Positions 37,401-49,400 of a stretch of DNA of 64,000 nt are shown one piece after another. This stretch comes from Amoebophrya sp. A120 (taxonomy: Eukaryota; Protista; Dinoflagellata), in assembly GCA_905178155.1 (NCBI GenBank), contig CAJINV010000002.1, positions 12,890,387 to 12,954,386 of the forward strand, in the 5' to 3' direction. A program made the translations under genes and the position numbers. Below the pieces are notes generated by a model. It was not told where the DNA came from. It worked only from the letters and a program-made list of their open reading frames with translations, and made no database searches. Position 1 is the first letter of the stretch. Each line of letters starts with the position of its first letter.

Positions 37401-40400
37401 CGTTCTCAGTGTGCGGTAAAGTCAGACTCGGATCGATCTTGTCCCTGCTCGACTGCACCCACCTCGGATCGACCTATTCCATGCGCGGCATGATCACGCT
37501 CGGGTCCGGCTTGAGCATCATGGCGCGGTCGATGCTCGGAAGTCAGATGTCGGTGCTGGACTGCTTGGAGCTCGGATCGTCGCTCAGCATCCGGTCGTAC
37601 GTGCGCGTCGGCAGCGTGTTCTCGGTGTTCAGCCGCAACCGCGTTGGTAGCTGTTTGTCACTTCTCGCGCACACGCACTTCGGCAGCACGCTGTCGATCC
37701 GCGCGCTGGGCAGGATGGGCAGCAGCTATAGCATCTTCGGCATGGTGAAGTGTCCGCAACGCGTTTCGCTGCTTGACACCCTGAACCTCGGATCCGCGCT
37801 TTCCTGCCGCAGCTTCAGCCGGTTCGGCAGTTCCATGTCGGTGTACGGGACCAGCAGGCTGGGCAGCTGCTTGTCGGTGCTCGACTTCGTGCACATGGGA
37901 AGCTGCATCTCCGTGCGGGAATTTAGCCGATTCGGGAGCGGGTTCAGCATCTTCAGTCAGTTGCGGTTCGGATCCTCCACTTCCGTGTTGAACTTTGTCC
38001 ACATCGGCAGTGCGATCTCGCTCCGCAGCTACGTGCGCGGCGGCAGCACCTACAGCGTGTTCAGCCAGTACCGATTCGGCAGTCGGATTTCGTTGCTCGA
38101 CTACTTCAGCATGGGATCTGCGATTTCCACCCGGTCTTGCATCCGCATGGGGTCGCAGTTCTCCCTCTGCGGTCGGCTGTTCAGCGGGAGCGCGCTCTCC
38201 TTCCTGGACCAGGCAAACATCGGATCCTCCCTGTCTCTACGCGGCTACGCACGATTGGGCTCTTCGATTTCCGCGTTCGGCGCCTACCGGAGTTTGCCGG
38301 CGCTCTCCTTGCTGGACCAACTGGGTTTGGGCTCGACGCTTTCGTGCCGCGCGCACTGCCGCCTGACCTGCAACACCTCGGTGTTCGACGGGTCGTGCAT
38401 GGGCAGCGCGATGTCCATCCGTCGCTTTTCGCGGCTGGGTAGCGCCATGTCGATCTTCGGAAATTGCAGAATCGGGTCGCAGTGCAGCATTCTGGACTGC
38501 ATGACGCTCGCTTCCTCGCTTTCCCTCCGGTCCGCTGGTCGCATTGGGTCCGCGCTCTCCGTGGTGTCGAAAACCCTATTCGGAAACCGCTGCTCGGTGC
38601 TGAACTTCTTCAGCCTCGGAAGCTCTCTGTCGGTCCGCAGCTTCTCGCGCGCCGGGAGTTCGAAGTCCGTTTTCGGGGCAGCCTTCGCGGCGAGCACGCT
38701 ATCCGTGCTGAACGGCTCGCAGTTTGGGTCCTCGCTGTCCCTGCGTGCGTACGGGCGCATGGGCGGCCAGTTCTCGACCTACAGCCGCTACAACCTGAAA
38801 ACCACGATTTCGATGTTGAACTTCGTGTCCCTCGGCTCGGCCTGCTCCCTCCGCGGGTACCAGCGGGTCGGCAGCTCGCTGTCTCTGTACAACCGGGGAG
38901 CGCTGGGTGCTAACTTTTCCGTCATGTCGCAAGGCTTCGTCGGCTCCTGCACCAGTCTGCGCTCGTTCAACCGGCTCTCGTCGTCCATGTCGGTGTTCCG
39001 GACCATTAACTTCGGCTGTGAGCTTTCCGTCCTCGACGCGGTGCAGGCGGGGTCCTGCTGTTCCCTCCGGAACTACGTGCGGCTCGGGAGCTCTTTGTCG
39101 TTGCTGGGAACCATGAAAACCGGCGCGTCCTACTCGGTGATGAATTACCTGTGCCTCGCTTCCAGCATGTCTATGCGGCACTACCTGCGCTGCAGCTCGA
39201 CCATGTCGCTTCTGGGCCAGGCGCGGTTCGGCGCGCATTTCAGCGTGCTGGATTTCGCTTCCACCGGCAGTGCGCTCTCTGTGCGCCGCTACGTGCGGTT
39301 CGGGAGTGCGCTCTCTGGCTACGGCCAGTGCAGATTCGGCGAGGGGAGACACAGTGTGCTGGACTTCTTGTCGATGGGAAGTCAGACGTCTCTGCGTAAT
39401 TTCATGTGCGCGGGCTCTGCGCTTTCTGTCTTCGGCAAGGCGATGTACAGTAGCGGCCTATCGATTCTCGACTTTGCCTCCACCGGTAGTGCGATCTCAC
39501 TCCGTAACTTGGTGCGGTTGGGTTCCACGTTGGAGCGCTGCTTGTCGCAGGTCTACTTGGGACACACTCTCTCGACCCTGGAGCAGTCGCATTTGGGAAG
39601 CAGCATGAGCGTTCGGTCGTTCGTCCGTCTCGCGTGCTCCACTTCTCTGTTGGACTTCATGAACGTTTCCTCGGCGCTGTCCGTTCGCGCGGTCAACCAC
39701 CTGAGCTCCACGTTTTCCATCATGAAAAACGGCAACTTCGGCATGGAATTCTCGATGTTGGACTACCTCGCGATCGGCAGCACGCTGTCTGTGCGCGCGA
39801 ACATTGAGTCGCAGTGCATGCGCGGCTTCTCCATCCTGGACAGCGTGGTTCTCGGATCAGCGATGTCCCTGCGCGCCTTCTGCCGCATGGGCAGCAGCTT
39901 TTCGGTCGCGGGCATGGGACGCATTGACGGGACCTCCGCGGTGCAGAATTCGGTCCACTCTGTGCTAGACTACTGCTCCCTGGGTAGCTCGCTGTCGATC
40001 CGAAACTTCGTGCGTCTGACCAGCAGCATGAGCATCTTCAACCAGGCGCGCGGCGGACTCGTCCTGTCCGTGCTCGACTCGACGTCGTGCGCGTCCGGAC
40101 TGTCACTCCGCGGGTACGCAAGACTGGGCTCCAGCCTCTCGCTTCTCGGCCCGCGTCACGTGCGGGCTGACGTTGGGCAGGGCAAAACGTCGATCCTGAA
40201 CTACGTGTTCTTCGGCAGCACGGTGAGCGTCCGGGCTCACGGCCGGTTGGCGAACGCAGTTTCGGCGTTGAACTTTGTCTCGCTCGGTTCCTCGCTGAGT
40301 CTGCGGTCGTTTGCGCAGTTCGGAAGCGGTCTGTCCGTGCTCGATTTCACCAGCTGCGGGTCCTCGGTTTCTGTTCGAGCGTTCTCTCGTACCGGCGAGC

Positions 40401-43400
40401 AGTTGTACGCTTCGAGCTTCGCGCGCCTCGGGTCCGCCATGAGCGTGTTTTCGCGAACGCACATGGGCGGCACTTTCTCTGTTCTCGACGCCACGACCGG
40501 GATCGGGAGCTCGCTCTCGCTCCGCTCGATGTCCCGACTCGGAAGCAACGTGTCCGTCCTGAACTTCGTCGCGTTCGGCTCCTCCTGCAGTTTGCGGGCG
40601 GCTAGCAGGTTTAGCAGCTCCATGAGCATCGTCGGGGCGGCTGCCTTCGGCAACATGTTTTCTGTTCTCGACTGCGCGAGCTTCGGCTCCGGGCTCTCAC
40701 TGCGGCGCTACATGCGCTGCGGGTCGGCCGTGTCGCTTATGGGGCGGTTCTTCGCCGGCAGCAGCTGCTCGCTGCTGAACTTTGCCTGCATCGGTTCCAG
40801 TCTGTCCGTCCGGCAGCACGTGCGCCTCGGCAGCTCGGTGTCCATCTTTGGCAACCTGAAGTTTGGCAACCCCAGCCCGAAATCACGCTTCTCGGTGCTG
40901 GATTTCATGAGTTTGGGGAGTTCGCTCTCTCTCCGCAGCACCGTGCGCGGGGCGGGTGAGGGCTTCAGCTGCGTGGACTTCACCAACATTGGCTCGTGCG
41001 CCAGTCTCCGCGGGGTCACGCGGATTGGATCCGCGTTCTCGATTTTCAGTCGCATGAACGTCGGAGGAACGTTTTCTGTGTTGGACGCACAGTACATCGG
41101 CTCCTCAGTCTCTCTCCGGCATGTCGCGAGGATGGGCGAGCGGTTCTCCGTGTACGACGTGCTCAACCTGGGCTCGGGGTTGTCGCTCCGCGCCTTCGGC
41201 CGCATCGACTCGCGGTTGTCCATCTTCCAGCGCATGCGCCTGAACGGCATGACGTCGGTTCTCGACGCGGTGTTGCTCGGGTCCCAGCTGTCGTTGCGCC
41301 AGATTGCGCGCGTCGGCAGCTCCTTCAGCATCTACGGGCGGAGCAGCTTCGACAAGACCTTCTCCGTCTTGAGCCACGTCTATGACACAAATAACTCAAC
41401 CAAAGGCAATTTACCATCCCCCATCAAGCAAAAAAAATCAACTCAATAATCTACTTGTATTTGTAATGCAGCTAGTTAATCTGATCTAACTATCAGGCCA
41501 CTAAACTAGCTAGCTAAATAAGGCGTTTTTGCATGGTGACACCTTATCTAGCTACCTTCGGGTAGCTCGAACCTGCACGGCAGGGCCGGGGTTCGAACCC
41601 AGGTCTGCCGGCCGTGCTTTTGCCCAGGTTCGAGGCCCGAACCCGCACGGCAGAGCCGGGGTTCGAACCCGGGTTCGCCGGGCGGACTTTCGCCGGCCCA
41701 AATTCGAGGGCCGAACCCGCATGGCAGAGCCGGGGTTCGAACCCGGGTCCAAGGGCCGAGCTTTCGCTCAGGTTCGACGCCCGAACCCGCATGGCAGAGC
41801 CGCCATTCGAACCCGGGTCCGCCGGCCCGACTTTCGCCCAGATTCGAGGCCCGAACCCGCATGGCACAGCCGGGTTTCGAACCCGGGTCCAAGGGCCGAG
41901 CTTTCGCCCAGGTTCGAGGAGCGAGGCCGCATGTCAGAGCCGGGGCTCCAACCCGGACCCAAGGGCCGAGCTTTCGCCCAGGTAGGTTCGAGGCCCGAAT
42001 CCGCATGGCAGAGCCGGGGTTCGAACCCGGGTTCGCCGGGCGGACTTTCGCCCGGCCCAGATGCGAGGCCCGAACCCGCATGGCATAGCCGGGGTTCGAA
42101 CGCGGGTCCAAGGGCCAAGCTTTCGCCCAGGTTCGAGGCCCGAACCCGAATGGCAGAGCCGGGGTTCGAACCCGGGTCCGCCGGCCGGACTTTCGCCCCC
42201 CCCCCCAGATTCGAGGCCCGAACCCGCATGGCAGAGCCGGGGTTCGAACCCGGGTCCATGGGCCGAGCTTTCGCCCAGGTTCGAGGCCCGAGCCCGCATG
42301 TCAGAGCCGGCCGGGGTTCGAACCAACCCGGGCCCAAGGGCCGACCTTTCGCGCAGGTTCGAGGCCCGAATCCGCATGGCAGAGGCGGGGTTCGAACCCG
42401 GGTTCGCCGGGCGGAGTTTCGCCGGCCCAGATTCGACGCCCGAACCCGCATGGCAGCCAGAGCCGGGGTTCGAACCCGGGTCCAAGAGCCGAGCTTTCGC
42501 CGAGGTTCGAGGCCCGAACCCGCATGGCAAAGCCGGGGTTCGAACCCGGGTCCGCCGGCCGGACTTTCGGCGGGCCAGATTCGAGGCCCGAACCCGCATG
42601 GCAGAGCCGGGGTTCGAACCCGGGTCCAAGGGCCGAACTTTCGCCCAGGTTCGAAGCCCGAGCGCGCTTGTCAGAGCCGGGGTTCGAACCCGGGCGCAAA
42701 GGTCGAGCTTTCGCCCAGGTTCGAGGCCCGAACCCGCATGGCAGAACCCGAACCGGAGTTCGAACCCGGATTCGCCGGGCGGACTTTCGCCCAGCCACCC
42801 TCCCAGATTCGAGACCCGAACCCGCATGGCAGAGCCGGGGTTCGAACCCGGGTCCAAGGGCCGAGCTTTCGCCCAGGTTCGAGGCCCGAACCCGCATGGC
42901 AGAGCCGGGGTTCGAAGCCGGGTCCGCCGGCCGGATTTTCGCCGGCCCAGATTCCTTCGAGGCCCGAACCCGCATGGCAGAGCCGGGGTTCGAACCCGGG
43001 TCCAAGGGCCGAGCTTTCGCCCAGGTTCGAGGCCCGAGCCCGCACGTCAGAGCCGGGGTTCGAACCGGGTCCAGGGGCCGAGCTTTCGCCCAGGTAGGTT
43101 CGAGGCCCGAACCCGCATGGCAGAGCCGGGGTTCGAACCCGGGCGCGCCAGCAAAAGCGCCTTATTTAGGCACTCACGCAAACACCTTATCTAGCTACCA
43201 TAGTTAAGTTAATTAGTATATTAAAAAGTGGCCTATTTATTTACATGCAATTATCTATCCTGTTTTGCACTATCAATTTTTTTTTTTTGATCCCCCATGG
43301 TATTTTAGATTTGGTTGAGTTATTTGTGTCATAACGTCTCGCTCGGATCGACGCTTTCCATCCGTCAGAGCATTCATGGCCTCCGCTGGTCGGGTGAGTT

Positions 43401-46400
43401 GTCGGTCTTGGATAGCACCAGTTTGGGTTCGACGCTCTCGTTGCGAACACACCTGCGGTACGGAAGCTTGCTGTCCATCTGTTCGAAGGTGATCATGGGC
43501 TCCTGCTGCAGCATCCTGAACATGTGCGCGCTTGGCTCCAGCTTGTCGTTGCGCGCGCATGGCAACATGGGCAGCACGATGAGTATAGTGAGCCGCACGC
43601 GGATCGGACTGGTTCTTTCTGCTTTGGACCACGTTTCGATGGGCTCCACGCTGTCCTTGCGGTCCACAGGCCGATTTGGGTCCGCCGTCTCTATCCTGGA
43701 CTTCTCCGCGGTGGGCAGCTCCCTATCTCTCCGCCGCTACTGCCGGGTCGGCTCGCGATTCGCGGTGTCCGGTCGCAGCAAATTCGGCGACAACCTCTCC
43801 GTCATGGACCATTCGGCCCTCGGTTCCTCGCTGTCGATCCGTTCGTTCGTGAAGTTCGGTGACAGCGGCATCGAGGATCAGGCGACCTTCGGAAACTACG
43901 CCACGTCGGTGTTCAACTTCCTGGCGCTCGGCACGAGCCTGTCCCTGCGCCAGGCCGCCCGGTTCGGCAAGCAGATCTCGGCGATCGACAACGTCCGCCT
44001 GGGTTCCGCCGTGTCCGTGATGCAGTGCTGCACGGTTGGTTCCAGCATTTCCCTGCGTGCCGTCGGCCGGTTGGGAAGCTACTTCTCCATCATCAGCACA
44101 GCCCGGCTCGGAAAATCCTCGTCGGTGCTCGACAGCAACTACTTCGGCTCTTGCTTGTCCGTCCGCGCCTACGTGCAGCTGGGAAGCAACGTGTCGCTGT
44201 TCAACAAGATGCGCGTCGGCGAGGCCTCTTCGGTGCTGGATACCGTTTTCCTCGGGTCCTCGGTCTCCCTCCGCAGTTACAGCCGCATCGGGTCCACGCT
44301 CAGTCTGTTCTCGAAGCTGACGCAGGGATCCAGTTTATCCGTGTTGGATTTCATGGACCTAGGCTCCACGCTTTCCATCCGGGCGACCTACCGCATGGCC
44401 TCCACCATGTCCCTGTTTACCAAGTGCACGCTGGGGTCCCGCGTGTCCATCGCGGACTACTTTACGATCGGTTCGACGATTTCCATTCGGTCGTATTGTC
44501 GCCTCGGTATGACGCTGTCCAACGCCGCCTCGGTCGAGGAGCGGTCCGATGCGGCCACGCCGGTGTCTTGTTTCGACTACACAAAGCTTGGCTCCGCGTT
44601 GTCCGTGCGGTCCTTCGTCCGATTCGGTAGCTGCTGTTCCGTGTACCGCGACATGCGGTTCGGATCGTCTCTTTCCACGCTGAACTTCCTGAACATGGGC
44701 TCGATGCTGTCGATCCGCGGCTTCACGCGGGCGGGGAGCAACGTCACGGTCTTCGCGTACGGGCGGTTCGGGTCCCGCATGTCAATCTTCGACATGATGG
44801 CGCTCGGGTCCACCATGTCGCTGCGTGTCCAGTCGCGGTGCGGATCGCTGCTCTCCGTGTTCAAGACGGTGAACCTCGGTTCCTTCTGCTCGATCGTGGA
44901 CTTTTTCAGCCTCGGTAGCACCTGCTCCTTGCGCGCGATCACGCAGATGGCCTCGCAGCTGTCCGTTTTCGGCGGAAAGGCGTCCAAGATCCAGCCGCAC
45001 TTCTCGACGCTAAACTACATGCGACTCGGGAGCGGCCTGTCGCTGCGATCGGCCCACCGGCTCGGATCTGGCCTCAGTGTCTTCAACCTGTCGCGCGTCG
45101 GAACGATTATGTCGGTGTTGAACTTCACGCAGCTGGGCTCGATGCTCTCCCTGCGCGGCTTCAACAAGAACGGCAGCATGTGCTCGGTGTTCAGCCGCGG
45201 CAACTTCGGTTCCTGCCTGTCTGTACTAGATTTCGCAACGGTCGGTGACTTGAATCTGCGCGAAACGGCGTTCATGCGCATGGGTTCCGTTCTCTCCGTG
45301 TTCTCGAAGACGACCATGGCAAGCAGCATTTCGGTGTTGGATTTCTACCATCTGGGATCCAGCGTCTCGTTGCGAGAGTTCACCAGGTTGGGGTCCACGC
45401 TGTCGATCATGTGCAACTCGTCCATGCGGAAGTGCGGGCAGAGCTTTTCCGTGCTGGATTTCCTGGTGCTCGGAAGCTCCATTTCCATCCGCAACGGCGT
45501 TCGGTTCGGCGAGCCGATGAGCGTCTTCGAGTTCGTGAACTTCTCGAGCTCGATTTCCGTTCGCGCAATGCTGCGGTGCGGCTCCACACTGTCTGTGAAG
45601 TCCTACCTGCGACTGGGAAGCACCATGTCCACATTCCAGCGCAACCTGCTCGGCAGTTCGCTGTCCGTGCTCGATGTGCTGAATTTGGGCAGTACGCTCT
45701 CCCTTCGTAGCTACCTGCGATTCGGCAGCTGCGTGTCTGTGTACAGTTGCGAGCGGCTTGGCGCGAACGCGTCCGTCCTCTCTTGGCAGCAACTCGGTAG
45801 CACGCTCAGTTTGCGCGGTGCGAACCGGCTCGGATCCAACCTTTCCGTGTTTGCGCGCGTGGCGGTCGGCAGCCAGATTTCCATCATTGACTTCATCGGC
45901 TGTGGCTCGTGTCTTTCTGTGCGATCCTTCGTACGGCTCGGCTCCTGCCTGACTGTGATCGGAAACACGCGGTGCGGCAGCTCGGTCTCTATGATCGATG
46001 TGTTCCAACTGGCGTCTTCGCTGTCGATGCGGTCGGCTACCAGACTCGGATCAACGATCTCCGTGCTGGTTGCGTCCAAGCTGCGCGCAAACTTCTCGCT
46101 GCTCGACCAACTGGAGCTGTCCAGCACGTTCAGCCTGCGGCAGGTCCAGAAGCTGGGGTCGAGTTTGTCGGTCATCGGGAAGGTTCGCTTGGCGGACGAA
46201 GGGTTTTCCGTCTTGGACTACATCAACTTCGCGTCCACCTGCTCCATGCGACACTACTTCATGATGGGGTCGCAAACCTCGGTGCTCGACTACATGCAGA
46301 TGGCCTCGAGTTTGTCGCTCCGCTCGGTGGCGCGACTCTCCTCCACGGTGAGTGTGTTCAAGCGGGTGATGATGACGGGGAAGCAGGTATCCGTTTTGGA

Positions 46401-49400
46401 CTTTTTGCACATCGGCACCGCTTTATCCCTGCGGTCCTACATCCGGTTCGGCTCGACCTTCAGTCTGGTCGGCAATAAGAACTTCGGGTCGACGCTGTCC
46501 ATCCGCGCGTTCCACAAGCTGGGATCCACGATCAGCATGTTCGAGACCACAAGGCTCGGGAAGGACGTGTCGGTATTAGAATCCGTCAACCTGGGATCGA
46601 GTCTGTCTGTGCGGAAGTTCAGCAGGTTCGGCGAGGGCATTTCGGTGATTGACTACATGTGCATGGGCTCGACGCTTTCTCTTCGTGGGTACACGCGACT
46701 GGGAAGCACTTGCTCCGTCTTGCGCCACACCAAATTCGGCGACCGTGTGTCCGTCATTGACCTTTGCCACCTGGGGAGCAGCCTTTCCGTGCGCGAGTTC
46801 GCCCGACTGGGGAGTGGTGTGAGCATGATGGGTCTCTGCACCTTCGGCTCCACCTTGTCCGTGTTGCAACAGTTCAACGTCGGGTCTTGCTTATCCCTGC
46901 GCTCGGTCAGCCGGTTGGGCAGCCGCTTCTCGGTCTGCGCTGACTTCCGGGTTGGCACCGCGTTCTCGGTCTTGAACGAAATTACGTTCGGAAGTTCGCT
47001 CTCTCTGCGGCACATCGGCAAGTTTGGCGCTAATTGCTCCATGCTGGACGTCTTGACTCTGGGGAGCTCGTTATCCCTCCGCGCCTACTGCCGCCTGGGA
47101 TCTGCGGTGTCACTGGCAAACCGGATGACGTTCGGCATTGGCGTTTCGGTTCTCGACAGCATCGAATTCGGCACGAGCCTGAGTCTGCGACAGTATTCCC
47201 GGATGGCGAGCGCGTTTTCCGTGTACTCGTCGTTGCGCTTCGGAAGCAACGTGTCCGTTTTGGATCTTGTCTACGTCGGGAGCGCACTCTCGATGCGGAA
47301 CCACGTGCGGGCTGGGTCCGCCTTCTCGGTCTATTCGCAAGTCCGAATGGGGAGTACGCTCTCCATTCTGGACGGGCAGTTGAGCGGATCGGCACTTTCC
47401 CTGCGGCAGTTCCTGCGGTTAGGCAGCGGCTTGTCCATCCTCACCGGTGTGAGACTCGACGCCCGCACGTCGGTGTTGGATATGACCAACCTGGGCAGCA
47501 CCCTGAGCATCCGCAGAACGTCACGGTTAGGCAGCACGGTATCGGTGTTGGAGTTTGTCACCATGGGTTCCGCTTTGTCATTACGCAGCTACATGCGGTT
47601 TGGCAGCGTCCTGTCCTGCCTGGAGCGTAGCAAGCTTGCAGCCTGTCTTTCAGTGCTGGACCGTGTGAACCTGGGATCGCAGCTGAGCTGCCGGACGTTC
47701 GGTCGCATGGGCAACGCCTTGTCGATTCTGAACTACGTGAACTGTGGTTCCACCGTGTCTGTCCGCCCCTTCGCCAGATGCGGCTCCACCATGTCGATTT
47801 TCGCACGGTGCGCACAACACGCATCGACCTCCGTTCTCGCGCACGTGCACCTCGGTTCTAGCTTCAGTCTCCGCAGCAACGGCTTCCAACAATCCCGGTG
47901 CTCCGTGCTCGACCTGTGCCAGCTCGGGTCGACATTGTCGATGCGGTCGTCCTTCAGATTCGGGAGCGCGATTTCCGTTTGCGGGCGCTTCGCCCTCGGC
48001 AGCGCACTGTCCACGCTGGACTACCTCACGCTGGGGTCGCAGCTTTCGCTCCGGAAATTCGCCCGGGTCGGGGAGAGCCTATCCGTGTTCGACCTTTTGG
48101 CCACGGGAAGTTCCATGTCGGTTCGGGCGTACGCCAGACTGGCGAGCGGCGTGTCCGTCTTCTGCCAGACCATGCAGCTAGGCTCTAGCTTGTCCGTCCT
48201 CGACTTCCTGACGCTGGGCTCGGCCATGTCCGTCCGCTCGCACGTGCAGGTGTCGAACCGCATGAGTATCCTGGACACGTTGAACCTGGGCAGCAGTATC
48301 TCCTTGCGCAGCATGGCGAAGTTCGGCAGCGCAATGTCGGTTTTCAGCTCGACCAAATGCGGCTCCACACTGTCACTCCTCGGAACCAGCCACCTCGGGT
48401 CCTCTTTGTCCGTGCGCAGCGTTTTTCGGCTCGGCGGCGTGAAACCTTCGGTCCTCGATACGGTCTACATTGGAAGTTTGTGCTCCGTGCGGGCGATTGT
48501 GCGCATGGGTGACCAACTTCCATTGATTGGCGGCAACGTGATGATGGGCCGCACGCTGTCGACTCTGGACTGCCTGAGTCTGGGAAGTACGATGAGCATT
48601 CGTGCCTTCACGCGGTGCGGCTCGGTGACGAGCTTCTTCGACGTGTTGCAACTCGGATCCAGCTACTCCGTCCGGGCGTTCGTCAGACTCGCGTCCAGCG
48701 CCAGCCTGTTCCGGGCAGTCGGGGTCGGCAGTTCACTTTCCGTGCTCGACATTTACCACATGGGCTCCTGTCTGTCAGTGCGGGCCGCTACCCGCCTCGG
48801 GTCCGCATTGTCGCTCTTTTCGAAAGGCGTCCTTGGCAGTGGCGTGTCCACACTGGATTGCTGCGCGCTCGGATCCGCGTTCAGCCTGCGCAACGTCGTG
48901 CGGGTCGGTAGTGCGGTCTCCGTGTTCTCGCAGACCCGGTTTGGCTCCTCGATCAGCAACTTGGATTTCCTGAACCTCGGATCCTCTCAGTCGATTCGTT
49001 GTTTCATGCGGGGCGGCAGTGCGCTGAGTCTCTGCAGTAAAATGAGAATCGGCAGCAATTTGTCGGTTTTGGATTCCGCGCTGTTCGGCAGCTCCTTGTC
49101 TGTCCGCGGCTACGTGAAACTCGGGTCTAGCGTCTCGGTGCTCGGCAGACTGAAAATCAGCGACAATCGACAGATGAACTTCAGCATCTTCGATGCAGTG
49201 ACTCTGTCGTCCACACTGTCCGTCAGAGGCGCGTCGAAATTCGGTTCGACCTTTTCCCTGATCGACTTCCTCGAGCTCGGAAGCAGCCTGTCCATCCGGC
49301 AGTACGCGCGCTTTGGGAGCTCGGTCTCCGTCGTCGAACAGGTGCGGCTCGCGGAGTCACTGTCCGTCTTGTCGCACGTCTTCCTCGGAAGCAGCTTGTC

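Noticed and set aside
41565-43145. CRISPR-like array
   Set aside because: The sequences between conserved palindromes are themselves two recurring variants, not unique spacers. There are no cas genes and the context is eukaryotic.
41565-43145. Functional tRNA gene array
   Set aside because: Only a T-arm/B-box and CCA-like end are visible. I could not build a D-arm, anticodon arm or acceptor stem.
41529-43207. ORFs up to 522 aa inside element 7 as a candidate transposase
   Set aside because: They are translations of the ~70-bp satellite and show no catalytic DDE or recombinase features.
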